Shown here: positions 12,822 to 25,694 of the stretch, piece by piece
How positions within the stretch are numbered: the first letter of the stretch is position 1
Layout: the number at the start of each line of letters is the position of its first letter
Assembly (NCBI RefSeq): GCF_009914755.1
Contig: NC_060930.1
Strand: one strand, 5' to 3'
DNA: 64,000 nucleotides
Origin: the human T2T-CHM13v2.0 reference genome, Homo sapiens
Position numbers and translations under genes: made by a program
Notes under the pieces: generated by a model
What the model saw: the letters and a program-made list of their open reading frames with translations, nothing else
Database searches by the model: none
What the model was told of the DNA's origin: nothing

Positions 12822-12999
12822 AGTAATTTGCTACTTCTAGTCTTCATGGCAACCTTGAAACATAACCCCTGAAGACCACACAGTTTTAAGTAACAGAGGA
12901 GAGATATGCATCTATGGCTGTCTCAACCCAAGGTTCATGTATCACCCACTACCAGTACTGCCCCTCTGCAGTTCCTTGCCTTCCTCCTTCCTTGAACAG

Positions 13000-13350
13000 T
13001 AGTGGATGCTTACCATGTTTCTGATACTGTGCTAAGCATACAAAGGTACCTAAGACACAGTTCTTGCCCTCAAAGACCTCCCAGTCAATCCTTAACTGAT
13101 AAAATCAACTACAATCAAAATACAGCATAACCCAAACAATGATAAAAAATAAATGCAGGATGATATGAAAACTAGACTGGGGATGGCATGAGAAATTTCT
13201 GAAGAGAAACGAGATTTGAGTCAAAACGTAGAGTGACAAGCATTTGACAGGCCATCAAGGCATGAGACAGCAATCTGGCGAAAGGATCAGTGTGGGCAAA
13301 GGCATGGAGCATGGAGAGAGTGCCTGGGATCTGGAGAGCAGCCATGGGTG
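13000..13350 (-). mobile_element. L2 3' region
   Basis: 'tgtgctaagc...cacagttcttgccctcaaagacctcccagtc...caaaggcatggag'. Confidence 0.6.
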
Positions 13351-14409
13351 CAGAAAGGAATCTCACCCATAACCATCACTCTATGTCCATCCCCAACATT
13401 AAGCAGTAATATTAGCAAAGCAAGGGAGAAGAATAATTTTAGGGGCCAAAAATTAAGAACTTCTCTCCCTCCTGCTTCACAAAATGAGAGAAGCCTTGAG
13501 CCCTGTTTCTGGGTGCCTCAATTCCTAGATGCAGAAACCTGTGTGTGCTGACCTAGGGCTGGAGTAACCTGAGAAAACCCTGCCCCCTCCCCTTGGGCTT
13601 CAAGCCACTTTCTGTAACCCTGGCATCTGAGCTGGTCAGTGTCTCCAGGGAGCCGAAACTTTTGCAATGAAATTGACTGCTGCCTTTGGCTCTTGGTGCC
13701 TTCCCACTGGGCAGGGGCACTAGAGAGGTAGATGCCAATATCTTACTGTACAACAGCAATTCCTCCTTCCCCCTTCTTCTCCCCTTCCTTGGTCCCCATC
13801 TTCCTCTACCCTCCTCCGCGGTTCTCCTCCCCTCTTGGCCCCATCATTTCTTCCTTCTTTCGCCTGGGCCCTCCCTGCCTCCCCTCCCACTTCTGTCTCC
13901 ATTCCTTCTCAGCACTTCTCTCTCTAGCCTTAGCTTCATGACGTCAGAAAATAAAAACAAGCTACTTTTTACGCTTTCTTTCTAAACCCAAGCCAATAAA
14001 ATACTTCTTTCATTTGAGAAGGGAAAGTAATAACTTAGGCATTCGCAGGAAACACAACACACTTATTTGTAGTCTCGGGGAGTGCTGCAGGGGCCAGCTC
14101 TTCCTATGTGATGAGTCCTGCTCCCAGAGCAGCAGCATAGGGTGTAAGACTCAGGAAACAGCCTGAGGGGAGCAGAAGCAGCAGGTCCTTCCAATCTGAC
14201 AGGCTGTGACACCATGCTTCCTGCCTGCCACAGCTGTCCCCTCCCCGTGGAGTGCATTTGAGTCTCACCCCTTGGCCAGGAGCCTAGGACAATCTCTATG
14301 ATCCCTGCACAGAGTCTTCAAAAAACCTGTGTCTAGCCCAGGGCAGCTTTCATGACATGGCCAAATTAGTCATGCCTCTACCCCATCCTGTAATAAGTGG
14401 CCATGAGCA

Positions 14410-14550
14410 AAGACTTCCCAGTCACAGGTAGACCCAGTTCCTGGCCTCAGGGATCCCCCAATCTGATGGAGTAGACACAGTCCATACTCTCAAAGATCTT
14501 CTTGTTTGATGGGGGCAACACAACCCCTACCTTCAAGAAGTTTCCAAGTT
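14410..14550. repeat. Degenerate ~39-41 bp tandem array (L2-derived unit), ~3 copies
   Basis: Recurring 'agacacagtcc...ctcagggatcccccaatctgatgga'. Confidence 0.4.
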
Positions 14551-14940
14551 AACAGCTGGCACCAACTCACCCTAATACTTGCAACATACCAAAGTGTGAT
14601 GCAAAAAAAAGCAAGCAAGCACATGGTCTTAGGAGCTAGGGAACCTGCTGGTTATAAATAAATCCCACCCCAACCTCAATGACATCTTCATCTATAAACT
14701 GGAGCTTCTTTTCCTAGCTGCCTGGATCCCTGATAAAGACCATGGAAAGCTTTATTAACTGTCACTCCCTCTAACATGCTGGTTGGCAGGTCTATGGAAT
14801 TTTTGCCTGTGACTCCTCTTGGTCTCTGCTTCTGTGGCCATTTCTGCTAGCTGCTCCCCCTGCCCCGGCCCCCTCCTAATTACTCTCATGTCGATTTCTA
14901 CCTCTTAGACTTTCTCTAGAATAACAATAATGATACTCTT

Positions 14941-15277
<337 letters not shown>

Positions 15278-16328
15278 TAGGTGCTTAACAAAATCTCAAT
15301 CTTCATCTCTTGGTTTTAAATTCATTCTCTTTTCTGAGGGTTTCCTGTGTCAATTGCCAAAGAAAAGATCCACTTCCCTACCGTTCTCGTGCTCAGCTCA
15401 GAGCGGCTGCATGCTCTGGGTGCCCTATTCCTGGCATGTCAGCTGTAAGCCCGCCCAGAACAATCAGCCAACACATTCGCTCTGGGCCTCTCATACAGCT
15501 TAATATCCCAAAGTTCCCTTCAATGAGTTCATTTCTTGAGCCTTCTATTATTAGGCTACAAATCCATTTTCCAGATGGTGTTGCTGGCACAGGAAAAGTC
15601 TGGGACCCTGGCTCAAGGTCACCCACAACCCTGCACCAGGAAAGACTGTGAATATCTGGAGATGGGTGGAAGAAGTGATAGTGGCGACATAAAAGAGCTG
15701 GGGGCTCCCACCCAGCCAGTTGGCAAAGTGGATTGGCACCTGCAAGCCACACATTTCAGTGAGCGTACTTGCCCCTCTCCAGCACTCCAGCTACCAGGTC
15801 CGAGGCCGGGCCTTGCAGCCATGATCCAGGCTACTGCAGTGGTCAGAGGAGAAGCCAGGGAGGCGGGCCTGATGAAGAGCTGACATGACTGTCGCACTCC
15901 TGCCAGGGTCCCTAAGGAGCCATGAGGCTGACTGCCAAGTAGTTAGGGCCCGATCTTTGAGGATGGCCAGAATGGATGCCTCCCTCTCCTGAATGACTGC
16001 CCAGAATGCAGAGTGACCCAGGCTTGGAACGCACTGTGTCTTCTCAGATTTCCTGCAGCAGTGCTAGCAGAGAGGGGACAGTGGCAAGATGTGTCCACCA
16101 CCATCCGTTCCTCAGTATCTGGGACAGTCTAGGGGGAGGGGAGAGAAGGGAGTAGCTCTCAGCTAGAGACTTCTGCTCTTTGGGACAGGCTTCTGGCCCC
16201 ACTGGGTAAGAGAACTTCAGCTCTACCAGTCCTGCTTCCTCTGGGATCTCCCAGGCTGGGGCTATCTGTGTCGACCCAGGGGAGAGTATCAGAAATGTCC
16301 TAGCCCCTTAGAGGACCTAGGAGGGGTG

Positions 16329-16448
16329 TAGGGTGACCTGCTATCCCAGTTTGCCAGGACTAAGGTGGGGTAGGCATGTTTCCAGGTGGGACTTTCAGTG
16401 CTGACACTGGCAAAGTTCTGGACAAAGCAGGACAAGTTGGTCACTCTA
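16329..16448. mobile_element. MER81 (hAT-Blackjack) MITE
   Basis: TIRs tagggtgacc...ggtcactcta; internal 'gggactttcagtgct'. Confidence 0.8.
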
Positions 16449-16992
16449 GAGAACTGCCTTGTCCCACCCATCAGGGACATCAGGCTCCGGATTCTTATCT
16501 TCCTTCCTGCTTTTTTAAAAAAATTCCTCTGGATTAAAAGTTCCCTGTTTAGCACTCGTCCCAGCATAAAGGACAAAAGGAACATAGAGGACTAGGTGAA
16601 TAGATACCATCTCCATGGTCACAGCCTGCAAACGCTAAAACCAAGCAATGCTGGGTTGTAAAGCACCTATGAGAGAAGCTTGTTTGGAAGGTGAAGGAGT
16701 TGGCCGTCTTCTAAGGAAGATCCTAAGGGAAGCAGGTGCTCTGACCAAGGGGCTGGGACCTGTAGCATTGACCTTACAGCTTTATCAAGGTTGCCCACTG
16801 CTCATCTCAGAGGATCTCAAAGTGGTGACCTGACTGTGAAGAGGGACGTCATGGGATTGGGAGTTTTCAATGAGGTGGTGTGTCGGAAGGTGATTTCGCC
16901 CATGTCATGGTAGTCACTATATGTGCATCCTTCCCTCACTCTCACCCACAGCCTCCTGGAACAACCTCTTCCTCTCTCTGTTGGTTCTCATG

Positions 16993-16999
16993 TTTTTTG

Positions 17000-17030
<31 letters not shown>
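16993..17030. repeat. (TTTTG)n simple repeat
   Basis: Directly visible. Confidence 0.85.
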
Positions 17031-17031
<1 letters not shown>

Positions 17032-20000
17032 GTCATTCTCAGCTAATCTAGAAGCTCATCTCTTTCAGCAAGCCTACCCAGAGGAGGAGTGTTAATGAAT
17101 TTCTGTTAGTCTTTATTCCACGTTCAGGTGATATACACTGATGTCTTTGATTAGGGAAATGTCATTCCAGCTCCAAAGCAGGTGAAAAATCTGTGTCTTT
17201 GCACTTTGCAATGTAATTTAAACTATAATATTTGCACCAAAATAAAATGCTTCTCTTCTTTCCATTATCGCGTGCACGCACGTGTGTGTATGTGTGTGTA
17301 AAATACCTACCTCGTATTTTTTTAGTTGAGCATTTACAAACCAGGTGGGGAGTAGAAGAAAGTTCCTGCACCAATCTTCCAGGAGAGAAAGAAGGTAGCT
17401 CAGTAGTTCTACATATTTGGGAAGAAAAAGAGAATAATTGGCTAATGTTCATAAGAACTAATAATTAACAAATTAGGACTCAAGGTATTTCTTCCCCAAA
17501 GAGTAAATGTTTGTTTTAAATGAACAAATGGGTTGATTACAATTACTAACATGTGAAAGTGTTGACTGAGCCCAACTAGCAGCTGTGAAATGCAAACAGA
17601 CATATAGAGATATAATCACACTCTCATTCCCACTAATGACTGTGATGACGCTACATCATCATACTACAAACTGAAAAGATTAGCCTTGAGGTTATAAGTT
17701 GATGCAAAAGTTCTTTAATTAATGCATGTGATTTCTGTTCTCTGGGGCAGCCTTTTGCAGCAAATCTGTTGCTGAAAAGCTAAGCATGCTGGTATATGTC
17801 ATAAGGCAAAATTTTATTTCCCACAAATTGTATTGTGTATACAAGTACTTTTCAGCAATATTTCACTTACATTTTCTCTACATTTTATTATGAAAAATTG
17901 CAAGCATGTTGAAGAGACAAAAGAATTTTTCAGTGACCACCCATAAACATATCACCTATATTCTATAATCAACATTTTAGAATGTCTGCTTTATTATCTG
18001 TCCTTCCATTTATCCATCCACTAATACATCTCATTTTATGCATTTCAAATTATATGACAAATATCAGTGCAATTCACTTTTAAATACTTCAATATGCATA
18101 TCATTAACTAGGGTTAAATATTTGCTTATGGTTCTTTTTAGGTCATATTTACATATACAATATACACAGTGAATGCACCAATCCTAAATTTATAATTTAC
18201 CATTGGTGCATTCTGTATAATCAAAGCTCCTAGAACATTACCATAGCTCCAGAAAGTTTCCTGACATCTCTTCCACTCCATGCCTTCACTGCTACCCCAA
18301 GGTAACCACTGTTCTGATTATTTTCATTGTATAGTAGTTTGCCAGTTCTAGAATATTACATTAACAGAAACATCTAATACATGCACTCTTGCATAAGGCT
18401 TCCTTCACTGAGCACCATGTTTCTGAGTTTCATTCATGTTGTGTGAAATCAGTATTTGTTCCTTTTGATGCCAGAGTAGTGGTTCCTTGAATGGACGTAT
18501 CACAGCTTGATTGCCCATTCTCCTTCTCACGGACATCTAGGTTGTTGTCAGCTTTTGGTAATTATGAATAAAGCTGATATGAACTTTCTATGCAACATTT
18601 CCTGTGGACATATGTTTTCATTTCATTTGGGTAAAATCCAGGAATAAAATCACTGGGTCGTAGGTTAGATATATGTTTGGTTTTGAAACTGCCAGAACCC
18701 GCCAAAGCGTTGGTGACATTTTACACTCTCATCAGCAATATATGAGAGTTCCAGTTCAAGTTCTACATCCTCGCCAGCACTGGTGCTGTCAGGCTGTTTA
18801 ATTTTAGTCCTCTGAATGGGTGTGTAGAAGTCTTTGTAGTTTTAATTTACGTTTTTCTGACAGCTAGTGATGTTGAGCATCTTTTCTTCATGTGATTATT
18901 GGCTATTCATTTACCTTTCTTTGTGAAGTGTGTCCTCAAATCTTTTGTCTATTTTTATTGGATTGTCTTTTTATTATTGAGTTGCAGAAGTGATGCATAT
19001 ATTCTGGATTCTAGTCCTTTTCCGATATGTTTTGCAATATCTCGCCCAGTCTGTGGCTTGCCTATTCATTTTCTCAATAATGCCATTTGATGAGTAGAAT
19101 TTTTAAAATTTTTATGAAGTCTGATATAATCATGTTTTCTTTTATGGTTATTGTCTTCCTTAATCTTGTCTAATAAACTCCTTCTTACCCCCAAGTCTCA
19201 TAGATATTCTTATATAGTTTCTTCTTGAAAGCTTTACAGTTTATGACCCATATTGAATTAATTTTCGTATGTGTGAAAGGCAGACCCAAAATTCAGTTTT
19301 CCATGTTAATAGTCAGTTCTTCCAGCACAATTTGCTGACTTTCCCTTCTTCCATTACATTGATTTGGTGTCTTTGGTGAAAATCAAATGCTTATGTGTCT
19401 ATTTCTGGACCCACAATTCTGTTCCACTTATTTATTGATCATTATGCCATTCATACTATTCAGATTAATGTAGATTTCATAATATGTCTTGGAGACAAGT
19501 AGCATAAGCCCTCTAACTTTGTTCCTTTCTAAATGATTGCTTTGGATATTTTAAATCCTTGGCATGTCTATATAAAATTTAAACTTAGCAGGTCAATTTC
19601 TTTAAAAATGGCTATTGGAATTGTCAATGGGGTTGTAATCCATCTATGGGGACAGCCTAATTTGGGGAGATTTGACATCACAACAATTTTGAGTCTTCCA
19701 ATTAATGAACATGGAATATCTCTCTAGTTATTTATTTTCTCTCAACACATTTTATATTTTTTAATCTTGCATTTTTCTTAAATCTATTCCTAATTTTATG
19801 ATTTGTTGTTTTTCTAAGTGGAATTTTATAAATTGTTACTGGTATATAGAAGTCCAATTGATTTTAGTATTTGACATTACACACTGGGATCTTCCTAAGT
19901 TCACTAATTAGTTCTAGTAGTTGTTTTATAGTACAACTCCTAATTCCTTGGCATTGCTTATGTAAACAACCATGTCATCTGCAACACAGTTTTTTTCTTC

Positions 20001-20111
20001 CTTTCCAATCATTATGCCCTTCTTGTGTTACTGTACTAGCCATCAGGTCCAATATATTGTTGAATTATAGTGGTAAGAGTGGACATCCTTGTCTTATTCT
20101 CCATCTTAGGA

Positions 20112-20375
20112 GTACCAGGACATAATTCTCCATGAATCTCTCATATTCCTGCAAGAAATTTCCCTTCTGTAAGAGAGATGCTAACAGGCAGAAGCACTGA
20201 CCACCTTTTCTTCTGGATTATCTTTTCAAGACTGTTTATACAATAAACAGCCTAGGAAGGGAGATAATATCTGCAAATACCTCTGAATAAAAGAAGATAT
20301 GCTATAAAGGATAGGACCTCCAGGGTAAAATGTTGGGCGGGTTTGCTTAAGCCCCTTAGAAAAAATTGGGGTTCA
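20112..20375 (+). mobile_element. ERV1-type LTR fragment (MER89/MER90-like)
   Basis: 'attctccatgaatctctca...gcactgaccaccttttcttctggattatcttttcaagactgttt...aacagcctaggaag'. Confidence 0.45.
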
Positions 20376-20384
20376 GGTGCAATG

Positions 20385-20979
20385 ACTGGCTTGCTGATGA
20401 CCACCTTCCCCCGCTGTGTCCTCACATGGCAGAAAAGGAAGGTAAGCTCTCTGGTGTCCCCTCCTATAAGAGCACAAATCCCATCAAGAGGACCCCACCC
20501 TCATAACCTCGTCTAAACCTAGCTGTCTTCTAAAGGCTCCATCTCCAAAAACCATCGCATTGTGGGTGTATTAGTCCGTTTTTACACTGCTGATAAAGAC
20601 ATACACAAGACTGGGTAATTTATAAAGAAAAAAGTTTAATGAGCTCACAGTTCCACATGGCTGGGGAGGACTCGCAATCATGGCAGAAAGTGAAAGGCAT
20701 GTCTTACATGGCGGCAGGTAAGAGAGAATGAGCGCCAAGTAAAAGGGGAAACCCCTTATAAAACCATCAGGTCTCATAAGACCTATTCACTATCACAAGA
20801 ATATGGGGGAAATCACTTCCATGATTCAATCATCTCCCACTGGGCCCCTCCCACAACAGGTAGAAATTATGGGAGCTACAATTCAAGATGAAATTTGGGT
20901 GGGGACACAGCCAAACCATATTAGGGGGTTAGGGCTTCAATATATAGGATTTTCAGGGAGCACAATTCAGTCTATAGCA
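20385..20979 (-). mobile_element. MLT1A-like LTR split by THE1
   Basis: 'tgtcctcacatggcaga...ctctctggtgtcccctcctataagagcacaaatcccatc' resumes as 'ggggttagggcttcaa...cacaattcagtctatagca'. Confidence 0.7.
20567..20923 (-). mobile_element. THE1B-like solo LTR
   Basis: 'tgtattagtccgttttt...ggggacacagccaaaccatatta'; TSD gtggg/ggggg. Confidence 0.9.
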
Positions 20980-22494
20980 GAGTTTTAGTAGCGCTGGTGT
21001 TATTTCATCCTTAAATATGTTTGATAGAATTAACCAGAGGAACCACTTGGACCTACGGTTTTCTTTGCATAAAGATTTTTAATATGAATTCAATTTTCTT
21101 AATAAATATAGAACTGTTACTATTTTTCTACTTCTTCTTGAATCCGTTTTGATAATTTGATTATTTCAAAGCATTTGCCCATTTGATCTAAGTTGGCAAG
21201 TTTATTGAAATAAATGTACTTATTATCTTCTTAATGTCTTTAAGGTCTGTAGTGATGGCCTCTCTATTCCTGATGTTGGTAATTTGTATCTTTTTTTTTC
21301 TTGATGAGTCTAGCTAGAGGTGTACCTGACAGCTAATATTCCCTATTGTTTGTCTTTTTTCAGCTTCACCGATTCCTGTACTTACCTTTATTCTTTCCTT
21401 CTACTGTCTTACTTTGAGTTGGCTTTGTTCTTTGTTTTCCAGCTTCATAAGGTGGAACCTTAAATAATTAATTTTAAGTATTTATTCTTTTCTAATATAA
21501 ATATTTAAAGCTATAAATTTCCCTCTAAGCACTGCTTTAGTTGTCTCCCACAGATTTTGATGTGGTGTATTTTTTGCCACATAGAAGTAATAATCATGAA
21601 AATGAGAACTGAATTTATCCTTCATTTGGAAGTATTTTCACATTTCTCTGGTGAGTTCTTCTTTAATTTACGGTTCTTCAGAAAAATGTTTAATTTCCAA
21701 ATGCTTACAGTTTTGTGGATAATTTATTATTGATTTCTAATTTGATTTCATAGTGATCAGAGAGCACACTCTGCAGAATGCTCATCCTTTTAAATTTATT
21801 GAGCCTTGTTTTGCAACTCAGAATATGGTTTATCTTGTAGAACATGCCATGTTCATTTGAAAGAAATGTGTGTTCTACAGTTGTTGAATGTTCTTTTCTA
21901 TAAATATCAATAAGATCAAGGTGGCTGGCATTATTCAGATCTTGAATCAGATGTTTACTTCTGCTATCCTTATGTAAACTAGGTAATAAAAGTAAAAGAG
22001 TTTCTGCGCACGTTAAATAAGAATGTAAACATATATAAAGCATTTGGGAGACATAATTCTTACAAATCCCAGTTACCTTTCTCTTGTGTGCCCTCATCCC
22101 CACTCCTGCGCCTCCCTGAGATCTGATGTCAGCCAGAGGAGCTGAATGAATGAACAGACAGACCCAAGAGAGGAGGGTGTGTCTGCTCTGGTATACTTTC
22201 TTCCTGGTCCATGCTCCCTTACCCTGGTTGGCTGGTCCTGGTTTCTACACTTATCAGAATTTGACCTTGTGAGGCTTTGATAAATGGTCCTGTCTTATCT
22301 TTTGCATGTCTTGGAAAATACTTTGGTAAAGTATCAGAGGAGTGGTTAGAAGCCTGGGCTCAGGCAGCCTCCGCACCATGGGCTACATGGTAGGGAGAGA
22401 AAACAGGTGGTATGAGTGCCTTTCTTTCCAGATCTTGTTTTTATGATAGGCTTCACAATGTCACACAGCACCTCATTCCTCTCAGAATCTGTGG

Positions 22495-22960
22495 GTGAGA
22501 CTGCTGTGGTTCCCCAACAACCATTCTCTCCCCCTTCCTTTAATAAAGGATCCCCGATGTTCTAGCTGGATGCATGGAAAACCCAGGCAGTGACTACCTT
22601 TCCCAACCTCTTTTGCAAGAAGATGTGACCATGGGACTGAAGTCTTCCCAATGGGTGTGAAGAGAAAAGACATCTACAGCTTTCTTTCTATTCCCTTGAT
22701 ACAAATAGGGCACGTTCATCCCTTCCCCCTACCACTGGCTCGAGAGCAGATAGGGTAATAGTCATTTTCGTGGAGCATCAAAATAGAAGTTTGAACCCCC
22801 TGAAACCTCCAGGAGCAATGGACATGGGGCAGTCCTAGCTGCCCTGGTGACCTACTTCAAGATTTTAAGGTAGGAATAAAATAAATTTCAGTCTCATTTA
22901 AACCACTGTATTTTGGGGTCTCTCGTTAAAATAGTCTAACATGAATTCTGGCTGATACTA
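22495..22960 (+). mobile_element. MLT1J/K-like LTR
   Basis: 'aaccattctctccc...ataaatttcagtctcatttaaaccactgtattttggggtctc...gctgatac'. Confidence 0.55.
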
Positions 22961-23226
22961 AATCCTTCCCAACACAGAGGTCCAGACAGTCTCTGCCAAT
23001 GGACTGGTATTTGAGTTGAAACCTATTTGCCATCCTGACTTAAGTGTCCAATCCTAGGTGGGGAGACTGTCATCTCTGTGAGGCCAGGATCCATATCTGC
23101 GTCTTAACTTCAAATATCCGCATCGATCTCAGAGCTTGGCTCTCAGAAGCTGCTTAATAAATATGTGCTGAGCAAATGCATGAATGAATAAACTTTGTTC
23201 ATAGTTTATTCACATAGTATGTTTTC

Positions 23227-23340
23227 AATAAATATGATGATGATGATATAAAATTACAGTGAAGGACTAAATGATTCTTAAACATTTCCAACTAGAAAAA
23301 CCTGTAACTGCCTTAAAAATGGTCAAATAAAGAAATCCTC
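23227..23340 (+). repeat. Local direct duplication A, copy 1
   Basis: 83-bp core 23258-23340 matches 23951-24033 with 6 mismatches. Confidence 0.95.
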
Positions 23341-23369
23341 ATATATGAGGTATTTCTGTGGGTATGCTC

Positions 23370-23625
23370 TGATGGACACAGAAAGGCATACAGAGAGAGA
23401 ACACCATGTGAAGATTGAAGGCATTCTGCCACAAGCCAAGGAACTACCAAAACTAGGAGACAGGGCTGGAATGGATCCTTCCCTGGAGTCTTCAGAGGGA
23501 ATATGGCTCTGCCAATACCTTGATTTTGGACTTCTGACCTCCAGAGCTGTGAGGTAATACATTTCTCTGGTTCAAGCTGCCCAGTCTGTGGTACTTTGTT
23601 ATGACTCCCCAAGCTAACTAAAACA
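23370..23625 (+). mobile_element. MLT1B-like LTR, 3' part
   Basis: 'ccatgtgaagatt...ccacaagccaaggaactacc...ggacttctgacctccagagctgtgag'. Confidence 0.75.
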
Positions 23626-23749
23626 TCACCCTAAAGGGATTTTATAAAACTTAGGAAATATGTAAAGCCTCTGACACATGTACACTCACTAAATCATGAT
23701 GATAACATGATTTTACTTTCCTGAATCCTTATTTCTCTATAGAAGGTTG

Positions 23750-23920
23750 CTTTGTGACTACAGATAAATACTTAATCTATGTATACCTCAGTTTTCTTAT
23801 CTGTAGAAGGGCAGTAATGACAGCACCTATGTCACAGGAATATTGTAAGAAGAACAGAAGAGCAAACACAGGGCACAATTAGAACAGTACCTGTCAGATA
23901 GTAAGTTCTTAATAAATATG
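23750..23920 (+). mobile_element. MIR SINE
   Basis: 'cctcagttttcttatctgtagaa...ttagaacagtacctg...taataaat'. Confidence 0.7.
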
Positions 23921-24033
23921 ATGATGATGATAATGATGACATATGATGAGAGTGAAGGACTAAATGATTCTTAAATATTTCCAACTAGAAAAACATATAA
24001 CTGCTTTTAAAAAGGTCAAATAAAGAAATCCTC
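23911..24033 (+). repeat. Local direct duplication A, copy 2
   Basis: Matches 23227-23340. Confidence 0.95.
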
Positions 24034-24559
24034 TGATTTTTCCACAGGTTTGATTGCTGTAGAGTGCAATGAGAAGGGTCATGCAGATGGCTCAGGAAGT
24101 CCAAGGCAGAGCAGTCTGTCTCTGGAGAGCATGCCAGAGCCTGGGGTCCTCAAATTACAGCTAGCTCCATTGCAATGAGGAAGCCCTCGGGGGTCTCTGA
24201 CCCCAGATGCCATAATTAATCTCTGAACTTGCAACTGTTGCCTGGCCTGAAGTTTGTCCTCCAATCAGTCCTCATTCTGTGTGGAGTGTGTTTGTTATAG
24301 AACACAGGATAATCGTCCCCAAGTGACTCTTAGCATAAGAGGATCGTGGGGCGCCCAGATTGCTTTGAGAGGCTGTTGCCTCAGGTGGGACCCGTGATCT
24401 CCCCAGTAAGCCAAGGAGGGCAGGGATTTGGTGAGGCACCACCCCTACCCACTATGCTTCACAACCCAAGGGATGCAGGTGACAGAGCTGGTGAAGGTGA
24501 TGGTGACCATGTCTGGCTCCTGCTGTGGTTTGAGGATGCGTGCTAAGCTCAGGAGGCTG

Positions 24560-24900
24560 GGAGGATACATCTGCCTTTTTTATTGATGCCTCGGCCTCAT
24601 CCTCCCTGAGAAATCTGATTATCTGGGCTACGCCGGCAGATGTCAACATGAAATGTTTGCTTTCAGGTCCCCACTTGCGGGGGGCGGATGGGGCTGGCTC
24701 CTGCCTTCCTGTCAACAAACCATCATTAATCCCCCTCTCTTAACAGTCGATATTTAATGCCATTTTTCCTGGTTTATGTGGCTCGGTGACCTTTCTTTAT
24801 TTTGTTCCTAATAAAGATGGCCCCAGTGGGTTTGGGCCTGAGGAGAGCTCTTTAATTCAGAGGGCATTAAATCAAAGGGAGCTTTCCGAGGCAGCAGAGA
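24560..24900. promoter_or_regulatory. Enhancer-like unique block
   Basis: Retained CpGs, several TAAT/ATTA cores, TGTCA sites, TCF/LEF ATCAAAG at 24871-24877, E-box CAGATG. Confidence 0.35.
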
Positions 24901-24971
24901 GCTGCTGCAGCCAGCTCTTTGGGGTTCTGTTCACTGGCTGCTCTGGTCACTGTAGGAGTATCTTTCTGTGG

Positions 24972-25299
24972 CATCCCCTACAGAATCCACTATTCCAGAG
25001 CTTTCTATTTCCCTTCCTTCCTGCTCCAGACCTTTGACCTGGAAGGTACACTGCAATGAGTAATTCTCCCAGTCCCTGTGTGTTTTGGTATAAACCTGTT
25101 TGTCTGAGACGGAGGATTATTGCTGTAAGAGCTGAGACGTATGGCCAAGCCCACCTGTGGATGGGGATCAGACCAGCACGGCCAACTAGTTGGCTGGTTC
25201 CCTGAGGGCTGAAGGGCAGAAGCATGATCCTTTCTCAATCAGACAATCCTGCTGGATTTGGGAGTGGGGACAGGAACTACTAAGGGTGGAGATGGACAG
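24972..25299 (+). repeat. Local direct duplication B, copy 1 (~325 bp)
   Basis: Co-linear with 29427-29747, roughly 80% identity by eye. Confidence 0.93.
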
Positions 25300-25402
25300 T
25301 GAAACTTGCTTTTCTTTTGGGTAGGAGTTTCTTACCTTCTCTTGTCAAGTGTGCCTACAAGAAGATTCCAGCTCAGTTGCTCCCAAGAGGTGCCCTGGAC
25401 TC

Positions 25403-25431
25403 CAGGGTTATGGCCCCTGTAGGTACCACTA

Positions 25432-25470
<39 letters not shown>

Positions 25471-25637
25471 TCTACCCTGCAGGGTTATGGCCCCTGTAGG
25501 TACCACTACTATTACTGCACGCACACACACACACACACAAATACACACACACATGAGTCCACCCTGCAGGCTTATGGTCCCTGTAGGTACCACTACTACA
25601 CACATACACACTCACACACACACACAAGTCTACCCTG
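25403..25637. repeat. 3-copy tandem repeat (77/87/71 bp) with embedded (CA)n
   Basis: Unit 'cagggttatggcccctgtaggtaccacta-(CA)n-agtctaccctg'. Confidence 0.95.
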
Positions 25638-25694
25638 GCTTCACCACCTCTGTCTCTCTAAGCCAAAAACTTTCTACCACACTGGTTAAGCTGC

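Larger units (their letters stand above)
17880..21960 (-). mobile_element. Old L1 (L1M-class), 3'UTR to ORF2 endonuclease end, interrupted by LTRs
   Basis: T-rich antisense L1; ORF 21705-22103 contains 'DLIDIYRKEH...INHIL...LSDHYEIKLEIN', the C-terminal part of the L1 ORF2p endonuclease. Confidence 0.9.

Noticed and set aside
21705-22103. 132-aa ORF with an endonuclease-like motif
   Set aside because: Decayed L1 ORF2p fragment
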